This document shows, one piece after another, positions 49,073 to 58,924 of a stretch of DNA of 64,000 nucleotides (positions within the stretch are counted from its first letter, which is position 1; every line of letters starts with the position of its first letter). The DNA lies in NCBI GenBank assembly GCA_946476985.1, contig CAMKWS010000002.1, positions 121,958 to 185,957 on the forward strand, given 5' to 3'. The position numbers were made by a program, and so were the translations under genes. This stretch comes from an uncultured Acetobacteraceae bacterium (lineage in GTDB: Bacteria; Pseudomonadota; Alphaproteobacteria; Acetobacterales; Acetobacteraceae). Under the pieces are notes generated by a model. That model saw only the letters and a program-made list of their open reading frames with translations, ran no database searches and was not told the origin of the DNA.

Positions 49073-49912
49073 TTAGCGGATACCATGCAAGAAACGGCCC
49101 CAACGGATTTCAACCGGCCAATACCAGAACTGCCAAGCAGGATGGCGCATATCGACTGAAAAAAGCACCAACTTCGCTCGGCCCACCAGGTTATTGATCG
49201 GCACAAACCCAAGATCATGCCCGCTATTGTCCACCAAGAACTCATTCCCAGGCGGCGCAGCACAAGCGCCACTATCATGCCCACCTTGAAAGCGGCTATC
49301 AGAGCTATCATCTCGGTCATCCCCCATAGCGAAGAAACACCCCTGCGGCACAACATAATCTGGCGTATTATTCGCAAGATCATCATCCCGCATTTTCAAG
49401 ATATCATGGGCCACCACTTTACCATCCTCACGAGGTAGCAATTCCCGATAACGTGTCCCTGAAAGCGTCTCCCCACGCTCATCCTGCACAGCGTAAGAGC
49501 CTTTATCCTCTACAGGAATGAGCTGGTCATTAATGACTAAGCGCCCATGCTCCATGCGGATATGGTCACCAGGCAAGCCAACAATACGTTTAATATAATC
49601 GATGGATGTATTCCGTGTGTATCGAAACACCGCAACATCACCACGGTGCGGCATACTCGCAAACACACGCCCCGAAAAAAATGATGGCGCCCCAGGGAAA
49701 GAATAACGGGAATAACCGTAACTCATCTTAGAGACAGCCACAAAATCCCCCACTTGGAGGGTTGGCACCATGGATGCTGACGGAATATTAAATGGCTCTA
49801 CAACCAAAGACCGTACCGCAACAACCAAAACAATCCAGAGAATAATCTGCCTCAATGAATCAGTGAAACTTTCCTGCCTTACTGAATCCTTAGGTTGTAT
49901 TGGTTCATTCAT
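49073..49912 (-). CDS. lepB: signal peptidase I
   Basis: 279 aa with SASMVPTL (catalytic Ser), YIKRIVGLPGD (catalytic Lys region) and GDDRDDSSDSR. Confidence 0.9.
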   Translation of the reverse strand: MNEPIQPKDSVRQESFTDSLRQIILWIVLVVAVRSLVVEPFNIPSASMVPTLQVGDFVAVSKMSYGYSRYSFPGAPSFFSGRVFASMPHRGDVAVFRYTRNTSIDYIKRIVGLPGDHIRMEHGRLVINDQLIPVEDKGSYAVQDERGETLSGTRYRELLPREDGKVVAHDILKMRDDDLANNTPDYVVPQGCFFAMGDDRDDSSDSRFQGGHDSGACAAPPGNEFLVDNSGHDLGFVPINNLVGRAKLVLFSVDMRHPAWQFWYWPVEIRWGRFLHGIR

Positions 49913-50011
49913 AATCTCTGTTTTCCCACCCCGGTGATCACGGTCCGTGTTCTTTTATCATTTTTCTCTGCTATCAGCACCACTAGTTTATGAGCCACTA
50001 CGCTCACACCA

Positions 50012-50416
50012 TCATAATGGGACCGCCTGCATCAGCACCTGCGCTATAGCAAAAGGAGGATCATCGCTCATGCTAACCAAAACATCAGCACGGCAGCCCT
50101 GAGGCACACGCTGCTTTAACACAGCCGCGGCCCCGCCAGACAAGCTTAATATCGGGGCGCCCAAAGCATTTCTTCCAACAGAAATATCTTGCAACTGCAC
50201 ACCATGAGCAAATCCGGTTCCTAAAGCCTTTGCGCACGCCTCTTTTGCAGCCCAGCGCTTTGCACACGCCCCCACACGCACAGCCCCCTGTAATGTCTGC
50301 ACATAGTCACGTTCTTCTTGCGTAAATACACGCTGCAAAAACGCATCTTCATGGCGCAACAACATTCTCTCGATCCGCGCAATCACGCAGAGATCAATCC
50401 CCATTCCAATAATCAT
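50012..50416 (-). CDS. acpS: holo-[acyl-carrier-protein] synthase
   Basis: 134 aa with MIIGMGIDL and RWAAKEACAKALGTG. Confidence 0.9.
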   Translation of the reverse strand: MIIGMGIDLCVIARIERMLLRHEDAFLQRVFTQEERDYVQTLQGAVRVGACAKRWAAKEACAKALGTGFAHGVQLQDISVGRNALGAPILSLSGGAAAVLKQRVPQGCRADVLVSMSDDPPFAIAQVLMQAVPL

Positions 50417-50423
50417 TTAAGGA

Positions 50424-52751
50424 TTACCCCTTCGCTCGCTCGGCCTGTAGCACGCCCTTCTCGGAGCGGAAGCTGGCAAGAACTGTCGTCAAGTGCCCTC
50501 TGTTACGCACTTCCAGATCCACCAAAATCTCCATAAAATCAAGCTGGCGATTCACAATACGTAAATTTACCACACTCGCTTCATGGCGCGTTGCAAGATT
50601 AGTTAAAGACGCCAAGACTGCCGGGTCATTTCCCGCCACAACAGAGAGACGCGCTGTATAACGCGGCGCATCACGCCCCGTCATATTGGTCATCTCCTCA
50701 TTCCAAGAAACTTCTAAGAAACGCTCAGGCCTATCTGCCAACATATTCAAATTGTGGCAGCCACGCCGATGTACCGTTACACCACGCCCTTGGGAAATAA
50801 TCCCAACGATACGGTCCCCCGGCAACGGACGACAACACCCCGCAAAATTGATCTCGATGCCCCGACCAACACCTTCAATCAACCCACCTTCATAGCTCTT
50901 ATTGCGGCGAACTGGCTTTTGATCGATCCGCGCCTCTAAACGCGGGGAAAGGCCCGGCACGATACGAGGCGCACGCCCCTGCCGAGATAACTCAGGGTAA
51001 GCCGCCCCCACAACATCCCTTGGGTCAATCTGACCAGACCCTACATTACCATACAAATCTGCCAGACTATTCTGTTTTAAAGTCGGCAGTACACCTTCCA
51101 ACACCCTCTCGGAGCCATCAACACCTTTCTGCCGGAAGGCCCTTGCAATCGCACTACGGCCATTTTCAAGATTGTTTTGTCGTTGTTGCAACGCCACAAA
51201 ACGCCGTACACGCGCGCGCGCTTTCCCCGTTACAACAAAACGCTCCCAAGAAGGAGACGGCGTCCCCCCTCGGGCGGTCATAATGTCAATCTGATCCCCA
51301 TTTTGCAGAACATGTTTTAAAGGAACCAGCCGCCCATTCACCTTAGCGCCGACACAGCGATCTCCAATCTGACTATGCACAGCATAGGCAAAATCAACAG
51401 GAGTTGCCCCACGTGGCAAAGAGATTAATTGCCCCTTGGGGGTGAAGCAAAAAACTTGGTCCTGATACAACTCAAGCTTTGTGTTTTCTAAAAACTCATC
51501 AGGCCCTTGGCTATCTTCCAAAATATCCAACAGGTCCTGCACCCAACGCAATTTACGCGTATAGGCCCCAAAAGTTTCAGACAAAACAGCGGTTTCATTC
51601 TCGCTTAGGGTAGAGCCATCTTTATAACTCCAATGCGCCGCTACACCATTTTCAGCAAGATCATGCATTTCCGGTGTGCGGATCTGCACTTCAATCTTTT
51701 GACTATGAGGACGATATAACGTCACCCCTGTATGCAGGGATTGATAACCATTAGTTTTAGGCGTTGAGATATAATCCTTAAATCGCCCCACAATCATTGG
51801 GTAAGCACCATGCACCGCTCCCAAAGCAGCATAACAGGCCTCCCTTGTAGGGACGATAATACGAAACGCCATAATATCTGAAAGCTGTTCAAAAGCGACA
51901 TTTCGCCGCTTCATCTTCTCCCAAATGGAATAAGGTGTCTTCTCTCGGCCAATAACTTCTACAGCATCCACACCCGCTTCACGGCAGAGAGTCAGCAATT
52001 CACAACGAATTTTCTCAATCATATCTGCGCCTTGGCCACGCAGATAATTTAGTCGTGCCCGAATCGTTGCGTCTGCATCCGGCTCCAAATTAGCGAAAGC
52101 AATATCTTGCAGCTCCGTTTTCACACGGTCCATACCAATGCGCTCGGCCAACGGCGCATAAATATCTAACGTCTCTCGTGCAATACGCTGCCGTCTATCT
52201 GTCCGCTGCACATAATGCAGTGTTCGCATATTATGCAGGCGGTCAGCCAATTTCACGATCAATACACGAATATCTCGCGACATGGCCAAGACAAGCTTAC
52301 GAAAGTTTTCAGCCTGTTTTGTTCGGTCTGACTGCAGCTCTAGGCGCGTAAGCTTCGTGACACCATCTACAATTACAGCAACATCACGCCCAAAACGCTG
52401 CGTAAGCATCTCAAGCGTTACATGCGTATCCTCCACTGTGTCATGGAGAAAACCAACCATAATGGAGACAGGATCCATCCTGAAGCCTGCGAGAATATTC
52501 GCCACAGCAATAGGATGTGTAATATAGGGGTCGCCATTATCACGGCACTGCCCTTCATGCGCCTCAGAAGCGAGGCGGCAAGCCTCTTCAATTTTTTCTA
52601 GATTTGCATGCGGATCATAACTCTTAATCCGCGCGAGAAGCCCACTAATAGATGGGAAAAAATTCTTCTCAGGCCGTACCGTGTCGTCAACGGCCTTGTC
52701 TTCTTGCAGCATTGGAGGGGAGGATAACGGTCCACTTACCATTAATACCAC
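50424..52751 (-). CDS. spoT: bifunctional (p)ppGpp synthetase / guanosine-3',5'-bis(diphosphate) 3'-pyrophosphohydrolase (RelA/SpoT homologue)
   Basis: HD hydrolase (HPIAV...LHDTVED), synthetase (GREKTPYSIWEKM, YQSLHT), then TGS and ACT regions. The exact start among several N-terminal Met/Val codons is uncertain. Confidence 0.95.
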   Translation of the reverse strand: MVLMVSGPLSSPPMLQEDKAVDDTVRPEKNFFPSISGLLARIKSYDPHANLEKIEEACRLASEAHEGQCRDNGDPYITHPIAVANILAGFRMDPVSIMVGFLHDTVEDTHVTLEMLTQRFGRDVAVIVDGVTKLTRLELQSDRTKQAENFRKLVLAMSRDIRVLIVKLADRLHNMRTLHYVQRTDRRQRIARETLDIYAPLAERIGMDRVKTELQDIAFANLEPDADATIRARLNYLRGQGADMIEKIRCELLTLCREAGVDAVEVIGREKTPYSIWEKMKRRNVAFEQLSDIMAFRIIVPTREACYAALGAVHGAYPMIVGRFKDYISTPKTNGYQSLHTGVTLYRPHSQKIEVQIRTPEMHDLAENGVAAHWSYKDGSTLSENETAVLSETFGAYTRKLRWVQDLLDILEDSQGPDEFLENTKLELYQDQVFCFTPKGQLISLPRGATPVDFAYAVHSQIGDRCVGAKVNGRLVPLKHVLQNGDQIDIMTARGGTPSPSWERFVVTGKARARVRRFVALQQRQNNLENGRSAIARAFRQKGVDGSERVLEGVLPTLKQNSLADLYGNVGSGQIDPRDVVGAAYPELSRQGRAPRIVPGLSPRLEARIDQKPVRRNKSYEGGLIEGVGRGIEINFAGCCRPLPGDRIVGIISQGRGVTVHRRGCHNLNMLADRPERFLEVSWNEEMTNMTGRDAPRYTARLSVVAGNDPAVLASLTNLATRHEASVVNLRIVNRQLDFMEILVDLEVRNRGHLTTVLASFRSEKGVLQAERAKG

Positions 52752-52848
52752 CCCTCTTAATACTACGGCACCTAACCCACCTTATCCGGCCAAAAGCCCC
52801 AGCGGTAGGTCAGGCACTCTCATTACACAGAACGCAACGCTACTGAAC

Positions 52849-53220
52849 TTAGCGGCGCCCCCGCCCCCGACCGGAGCCAACCTCACCAGAAGCCATATGT
52901 GCAGCCTCTTCCTCAGCGGAAACATCCTGCAGACCAAAAATGTTCTGATCTGTAGGGATGAGGTCCATAACTTCCTCATCTGTTGGCTCAACTTCAGGCT
53001 GATGCCCCATCGAACGGACAATACCATCCTGCAGGCCTTCTAGGCTGACATGGTCCTCAGCAATCTCACGCAGAGCCACAACAGTATTCTTATCATTATC
53101 GCGAGAGACCTGCATCTCTTCACCACGGGACAAACCGCGGGCGCGCTGGGCTGCCAGCAACACAAGATCAAAACGGTTCGAGACTTTCTCGATGCAGTCT
53201 TCGACGGTCACACGTGCCAT
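52849..53220 (-). CDS. rpoZ: DNA-directed RNA polymerase subunit omega
   Basis: [28 protein letters not shown] is the canonical omega N-terminus. Start at ATG 53220 with GGAGA upstream; the track extends to 53238. Confidence 0.9.
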   Translation of the reverse strand: MARVTVEDCIEKVSNRFDLVLLAAQRARGLSRGEEMQVSRDNDKNTVVALREIAEDHVSLEGLQDGIVRSMGHQPEVEPTDEEVMDLIPTDQNIFGLQDVSAEEEAAHMASGEVGSGRGRGRR

Positions 53221-53459
53221 AAAACTGGCTCTCCCCACACTCTCAACGCTGATAATGCGCTCTAGAAAATAAGGCAGATCGTACCTTTTTAGTACGTTTT
53301 TATGCCCATATCTCCATAGCTTGCGTCACAATTATCACAAAACTCTTTATCGACGCAACGCAAAGCTGTAAGAGGGGGTTGCGAACCCGTCTTAACTTCC
53401 TAGCTAGAGTATTATCTTGCCCACCGTCACAAAGCTAACAAATTCGACGGCTAGATGGG

Positions 53460-54110
53460 ATGGACCCTTTTTTGAAACCCTTAAACACAGTTCATGTGAG
53501 TTATATGTCTAACCTTCTTCTACGCAAAAATGATCGTACTTCACTTTTTATAAATGGGGCCAGCCTTCACCACGCAGCTCGTAACCTTGGTTTTGAGGTC
53601 GACTTCCTTGCCCTGCGTGACTTATTTGAACAGCAAAGTGCTTTCCAGCGTGCTTTCTACTACGCAGCAATGCCGGAAACAGAAGACTACTCCCCTCTGC
53701 GTCCTCTAACAGATTGGCTCGCCTATAACGGCTACCATCTCGTTACGAAAACTGCGCGTGAATTTACAAACCAATCCGGCCAACGTCGCATTAAAGGCAA
53801 TATGAATGTCGAGTTAGCCGTTGATCTGATCGAGCAAGCACCTCGCCTTGATCATATTGTTATTATCAGCGGCGACTCCGACTTACGTCGTGCTGTCGAA
53901 GCTGTACAGGCTCGTGGTGTCCGCGTTACGGTCATTTCTTCTGTGAAGACCACTCCCCCCATGATTGGCGATGACCTACGCCGCCAGACGGATCACTTCG
54001 TAGAGCTTGCCGACATTGCGCATCATTTTACCCGTCGCAACTCTGACAATCGCTCTCGCCCCCCTATTCGGCACCCTGCAGATGCAGAGGAATATGACGA
54101 CGAAGAATAA
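53460..54110 (+). CDS. LabA/NYN (PIN-like) domain protein
   Basis: 216 aa (or 201 aa from ATG 53505). Contains LFINGASL..., YYAAMPE..., IKGNMNVELAVD and IISGDSDLRRAVEAVQARGVRVTVIS, matching the LabA-like NYN fold pattern from memory. Confidence 0.7.
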   Translation: MDPFLKPLNTVHVSYMSNLLLRKNDRTSLFINGASLHHAARNLGFEVDFLALRDLFEQQSAFQRAFYYAAMPETEDYSPLRPLTDWLAYNGYHLVTKTAREFTNQSGQRRIKGNMNVELAVDLIEQAPRLDHIVIISGDSDLRRAVEAVQARGVRVTVISSVKTTPPMIGDDLRRQTDHFVELADIAHHFTRRNSDNRSRPPIRHPADAEEYDDEE

Positions 54111-54123
54111 GATATAATTTATG

Positions 54124-54148
54124 AGCCCCGCTCTGCGGGGCTTTTTTT
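54124..54148 (+). terminator. intrinsic terminator after the NYN gene
   Basis: agccccgc-tct-gcggggct followed by T7. Confidence 0.85.
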
Positions 54149-54199
54149 ATGGCCAATGTAAAATATTATTTATACAGCTTTTAAAGTGATTTGAAAGTT

Positions 54200-54219
54200 T
54201 TTCACACATCTTTGTGAAA
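54200..54219. promoter_or_regulatory. palindrome TTTCACA-N6-TGTGAAA upstream of sodB
   Basis: 7-bp arms, about 105-125 nt upstream of the sodB ATG and about 20 nt upstream of a TTGACG hexamer (54239..54244). Confidence 0.3.
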
Positions 54220-54323
54220 TTCCTCCTTTTATCCCACCTTGACGTTCCTCGCTCCACACCATAGCTAAATAGCATGACGAACAGGCAGGCTTCTGCCTCT
54301 TCTATCTTTTAAGGAAAATTCTC

Positions 54324-54932
54324 ATGGCTTTTGAACTCCCGACCTTGCCTTACGCAGTCAACTCCATGGCTGATGCAGGCATGTGCCAGGAAACACTAGA
54401 ACTGCACCACGGCAAGCATCACCAGACCTATGTTACGGCCCTGAACGGTTTTGTTGAGAGCAAACCGGAGCTTGCGGGCAAATCTCTTGAAGAAATTATC
54501 GCCCACTCCCGTGCAGATGCCTCTTTGACACCTGTCTTCAACAATGCTGGCCAACATTGGAACCACTCTCAGTTCTGGGAATCTCTTTCCCCTAAGGGCG
54601 GGGCTATCCCACCAGTCCTAGAGAAGAAGTTGATTGAAGACTTCGGTTCTGTTGATGCGTTTAAGACAGCTTTCCGTCAGGCTGCTGCAACACAATTTGG
54701 CTCTGGCTGGGCATGGCTCGTGCTGGATGCTGATGGCAAGCTACAAGTGACAAAGACCAGCAACGCTGCTAGCCCTCTTTCCGAAGGTCAGGGGCGCACT
54801 CTGCTGACACTCGATGTGTGGGAGCATTCCTACTATCTGGACTTCCGCAACCGTCGCCCAGATTACATCACTAACTTCATTGAAAATCTGGCAAACTTTG
54901 AGCGCGCTGAAGAGCTTCTCAAATCTGCCTAA
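54324..54932 (+). CDS. sodB: superoxide dismutase [Fe]
   Basis: 202 aa with ELPTLPY, HHGKHHQTY, AGQHWNHSQFW and DVWEHSYYLDFRNRR, an Fe-type signature pattern. Confidence 0.9.
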   Translation: MAFELPTLPYAVNSMADAGMCQETLELHHGKHHQTYVTALNGFVESKPELAGKSLEEIIAHSRADASLTPVFNNAGQHWNHSQFWESLSPKGGAIPPVLEKKLIEDFGSVDAFKTAFRQAAATQFGSGWAWLVLDADGKLQVTKTSNAASPLSEGQGRTLLTLDVWEHSYYLDFRNRRPDYITNFIENLANFERAEELLKSA

Positions 54933-54957
54933 TCTATTTTTAGCCTAGGCTCCTAAC

Positions 54958-54999
54958 AAAAAGGCCCTGCCATCCTTCATCGGTGGCAGGGCCTTTTTT
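54958..54999. terminator. bidirectional intrinsic terminator (sodB / yajC convergent)
   Basis: aaaaa-ggccctgcca-loop-tggcagggcc-tttttt. Confidence 0.85.
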
Positions 55000-55036
55000 C
55001 TTGAGCAACGGCTCGCTATCCTACGCCATAAAAAGC

Positions 55037-55390
55037 TTAAGAATCGTTAGCTGCTTTCTCTTCACGGGGCATAATCGTTGTGATTGTGCTACGGATGATC
55101 TTCACCTTCACACCCTGAGCAATCTCAACATCGACTTCCTGTGAATCATCCCGTGTAGCCTGCACCACACCGACAATTCCACCAGCTGTAACGATACGAT
55201 CACCACGGCGTAGATTATTCTGCTCTTCACGCAGCTCACGCTGGCGCTTCTGCTGAGGGCGGATCAGCAAGAAGTAAAAAACCAAGAAAACGAGGACAAT
55301 CGGCGCATACTGCATCAGAGCAGCAGAGCTAAAAGCACCGCCTGTGCCAGCGTCTGCGGCATAAGCCGAGGAAAAAAGAAGATTGTTCAT
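55037..55390 (-). CDS. yajC: preprotein translocase subunit YajC
   Basis: Start chosen at ATG 55390 (MNNLLFSSAYAADAG...). It has one TM, the RPQQKRQRE motif and GDRIVTAGGIVG. The track extends to 55408. Confidence 0.9.
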   Translation of the reverse strand: MNNLLFSSAYAADAGTGGAFSSAALMQYAPIVLVFLVFYFLLIRPQQKRQRELREEQNNLRRGDRIVTAGGIVGVVQATRDDSQEVDVEIAQGVKVKIIRSTITTIMPREEKAANDS

Positions 55391-55474
55391 TGGTACATTT
55401 AGTTCCATTTTAATGAGCTACGCCTCGAACCATATCGTGCCGAGACTTTGCGTCAACCTTTATCAAGGAAGATC

Positions 55475-56344
55475 ATGCCATCTAATACCCTTCTCCCCGT
55501 GCTAACACGCATTGCTGAGAGTCTAGAACGCCTTGCCCCACCCCCACTAGATGCTTCTATTCTCAATGATACCTCCCAAGATGCCTTCCTCTGGCAGGGA
55601 GCCAACAATACTTTGCTTCCCATCTCTAATATTCATGCTGTGCCTCTCACCCTCTTAAAAGGGATAGACCACCAGGCAGAAAAACTCTTAAGCAACACTC
55701 GTTTTTTTGCCCGTGGCCTAGAAGCCAATAACGCCATGTTATGGGGCGCACGCGGCATGGGGAAATCCTCCCTCGTGAAAGCCTGCCTCATCAGCGTAAA
55801 TGAGGAACAGCGCGCGCATAATGAGCCCCCTCTCGCCCTTATTGAAATCCCTCGTGATGACCTTAGTACGCTCCCCCGCCTGCTCGCTCTCCTCCGCCAA
55901 AGCAAACGGCGAGTGATCCTCTTTTGTGATGATCTATCTTTTGAAACACAGGATGCTGACTATAAATCTCTCAAATCTATCTTAGATGGCGGCATTGCTG
56001 GGAGGCCGGGTAATGTGGTTGTTTACGCAACCTCAAATCGTCGCCACCTCATGCCGCGCAATATTATTGAGAACGAAGCAGGCGATGCCATCAATCCCGG
56101 CGAAGCGATTGAAGAAAAAGTCTCTTTATCCGACCGTTTTGGACTATGGATTGGCCTTTATGGAGCCTCTCAAGACCATTATCTCTCCATTATTGAAGCT
56201 TACGCAAAAGATCGTCAGCTCGCCATTAATGAAGAAGAACTACGCCGTCGTGCCCTACAATGGGCCATGCAACGTGGTAGCCGCTCGGGCCGTGTTGCTG
56301 CTCAATTTATAACAGCCCTCACCGCAGAGCTTTCAGAACAATAA
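55475..56344 (+). CDS. DUF815-type P-loop ATPase (AAA-like) of unknown function
   Basis: Start at ATG 55475 (RBS AAGGAAG). Walker A GARGMGKSSLVKA and Walker B VILFCDDLSF. The DUF815 assignment is from memory of the family. Confidence 0.7.
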   Translation: MPSNTLLPVLTRIAESLERLAPPPLDASILNDTSQDAFLWQGANNTLLPISNIHAVPLTLLKGIDHQAEKLLSNTRFFARGLEANNAMLWGARGMGKSSLVKACLISVNEEQRAHNEPPLALIEIPRDDLSTLPRLLALLRQSKRRVILFCDDLSFETQDADYKSLKSILDGGIAGRPGNVVVYATSNRRHLMPRNIIENEAGDAINPGEAIEEKVSLSDRFGLWIGLYGASQDHYLSIIEAYAKDRQLAINEEELRRRALQWAMQRGSRSGRVAAQFITALTAELSEQ

Positions 56345-56412
56345 ACAAAAACGGCTCATCCTACCCCAAGCAGGATGAGCCGTTCCTTTAAGGCTACTAT
56401 GCCTTCTTACTT

Positions 56413-58866
56413 TTAGAAGTCCGCACTAACAGTGCCGAAGAACTCCCGTGTCGCCCCACGCTCGAGGGACTGATAATCCCCTGTTGGTGGGTTATCATTC
56501 TCACCCATCATGGCGATATATTTATTATTGAAGAGGTTATAGACGTTAAAGCTCACTGTGAGGTCTTTCACCCCTGCAAGCTTCTTAAACGTATAGCTCG
56601 CCCCGGCATTAGCCAGCCAATACCCCCCAACGGATGTATCATTCATAAAGCTATAATAGCGGCGCCCATAATAGTTTGCGTCAAAATGAGCATTCATCCC
56701 ACGCCATGTATAAGCAATAGAGGTTTTATACATCCATGCAGGGTAATTCACGATATTCTTGCCCTTAAGCGCATAGTAGTTCCCTGCGCTAGAGACCACA
56801 TTCCTACCGTAAGTGCCCTTATTATAGCTCAGCGTATTGGTAATGCTCAGCCCCTTGAAAGGACGGATCGTGATGCTGCCATTCGCCCCTGTCATGGAGA
56901 TACGGCCGAAGTCGAACTCCTCAGAGATCGGATTGAACATCGTCCCCCGCGCCCCAGCAAGAAGCTCATGCATCAAGGTCGCATGATATACGGTCGCATC
57001 CAGCTGCAGCATGCGAGATGTAAATCGATACCCGCCTAGATACACCCAAGAGCGAGACGGCTTAGCTTGTGCTCTTTCTTGTAAGAATTGCTGCTGATTA
57101 GGAACCGAGTAAAGTGAGTTCGCTACCCCTGTGCCAGAAACCTCATAAGCACGCATATTCTTAGAGATATCAATATAGAACTCATTTTGCCTATTCATCT
57201 GCCAATCCAGATTGAAATGGGGCAAAAATGCTCCCGTCGCATTGAGCGAACCAGACGGTAAACCGCTATCTCCCGGATCTAATGCAGCCCATGAATTCGC
57301 ATTAGCGTGCCCCGCACCAGATGTCTGTGCAATCATCGAGCGGAAGCCAGCCGCAAATGTCAGCCCTTTTTGTATCGTGAAAATATCTTGAATATGCGTC
57401 TGCACCACATTGGTGCGCCAGCCAAAATTATACACCCGGTCCCCCGGGCCATATTTTGTATATGGCCCCACTGCTTTTACCGGGGCTCCTTGGCCAAGAG
57501 CCGGCTCTAAATAATTATAAAGTCCCGCTGTTTGGTTATTATTTTCATACCAAATCCCGCCATCAATATGATGGCGCCCCAAGCGGTATTCTAAGCTACT
57601 ATTAATGCCAAAACGCTGCTGACTATTTTGCCAAACTTCCTGATAGAGCGGCACACCGTTAGGTGTAGAGACCTGCAAATCCTGATCTGCCACAGAAGAA
57701 GCTGAAGCAGCCGTGTAGCTATAATTACCAGACTGCGCATGGCCATAAGCCGTTGTGTGCCATGTGAGATGATCTGTTAAGGCAAGGTCAAAATTAAGCC
57801 CGCCCATAAAGTTCGTCTCATGCTGCCCGCCATCATAATAAGGCATTTGGCACGCATTCACCTGTCCGTTAGACCCAGGGTAAGCAAAGAAATTATTCGG
57901 GCTACTATCACATTGCTGCGCCCAGCTATAAGCCTTGCTATAATTTGGATAGAGATGCGGCACACGCCAGCCGAGATTATTAATCATCCCTAATGAAAGA
58001 TCAGGATAATTCTGCTGCTGTAAGTCCGTCCAGTTAAAGAAGGCGGTGATCTTACTATGCTGGCCGATAGGCTGAACCAGCTTGGCATCCACCTGCTGAA
58101 CAAACTGGTTGCCCTGCCCTTCCCACATGCCTTCATCTGTCCGTGCGTAGGATGTGTAGAACTTCGTACCAGAATCATTCAGCCGCCCAGAATCAAAGCG
58201 AAGATATGTACGGTATGAGTTATAACTACCAAATGCTTGGCTAATCTTCCCACCCGTTTCATCTTTTGGGTCAGCCGACATAAAACGAATTGTCCCGCCG
58301 AGCGTATTGGTCGAAGGTACATTCAACCCGCCCCCACCTTGGGACATCACAACATTATCAATATCATCTGTAATAATCGCCGAGGCGAGGCTAAAACCGT
58401 TAACAGACTGATATGTTTGGTCGTTCAGCGGGACACCATCTACCGTCACGCCAAGCTGATTCATAAAGAATCCACGGACGTAAAGATTCGCGCCAAAACT
58501 ATCGATACCGAACGGATCTGTGGAGGTAAAACTCACCCCTGGCATACGGTCTAACGCACGGTACGGACTCGTTCCGGGAACATATTGTTTCAAAATCGTC
58601 TTTGGAACGACTGCTTCTGATGACCGGCTAATATGCTGTGCTTGAATAAGGAGGCTTTCCTCCCCTGCAGGAACCGTTCCCTTTTTATGCTTCGCTGGCG
58701 CAACTGGTGGCACATGTGCCGCTTTATGCTCACCTACGACCTTATCAGATGGTACAGTAGGCTTATTCGTTACGGTTTGGGCACAAGCAACCCCACTGCC
58801 GATTCCAAACAAAAAGGCAGCAGAGGAGAGAAGAAAATGTCGGCGCAACGCGTCTGGCACTCCCAT
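56413..58866 (-). CDS. TonB-dependent receptor
   Basis: 817 aa with a signal peptide, plug domain (ALDRMPGVSF, GVTVDGVPLND) and a 22-strand barrel ending ...FGTVSADF. Confidence 0.9.
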   Translation of the reverse strand: MGVPDALRRHFLLSSAAFLFGIGSGVACAQTVTNKPTVPSDKVVGEHKAAHVPPVAPAKHKKGTVPAGEESLLIQAQHISRSSEAVVPKTILKQYVPGTSPYRALDRMPGVSFTSTDPFGIDSFGANLYVRGFFMNQLGVTVDGVPLNDQTYQSVNGFSLASAIITDDIDNVVMSQGGGGLNVPSTNTLGGTIRFMSADPKDETGGKISQAFGSYNSYRTYLRFDSGRLNDSGTKFYTSYARTDEGMWEGQGNQFVQQVDAKLVQPIGQHSKITAFFNWTDLQQQNYPDLSLGMINNLGWRVPHLYPNYSKAYSWAQQCDSSPNNFFAYPGSNGQVNACQMPYYDGGQHETNFMGGLNFDLALTDHLTWHTTAYGHAQSGNYSYTAASASSVADQDLQVSTPNGVPLYQEVWQNSQQRFGINSSLEYRLGRHHIDGGIWYENNNQTAGLYNYLEPALGQGAPVKAVGPYTKYGPGDRVYNFGWRTNVVQTHIQDIFTIQKGLTFAAGFRSMIAQTSGAGHANANSWAALDPGDSGLPSGSLNATGAFLPHFNLDWQMNRQNEFYIDISKNMRAYEVSGTGVANSLYSVPNQQQFLQERAQAKPSRSWVYLGGYRFTSRMLQLDATVYHATLMHELLAGARGTMFNPISEEFDFGRISMTGANGSITIRPFKGLSITNTLSYNKGTYGRNVVSSAGNYYALKGKNIVNYPAWMYKTSIAYTWRGMNAHFDANYYGRRYYSFMNDTSVGGYWLANAGASYTFKKLAGVKDLTVSFNVYNLFNNKYIAMMGENDNPPTGDYQSLERGATREFFGTVSADF

Positions 58867-58924
58867 TCAAGCGGTCATAAAAGGAAACACAGCAGAAATC
58901 TCACCCTTCTGCCAGCGAAAAAGC

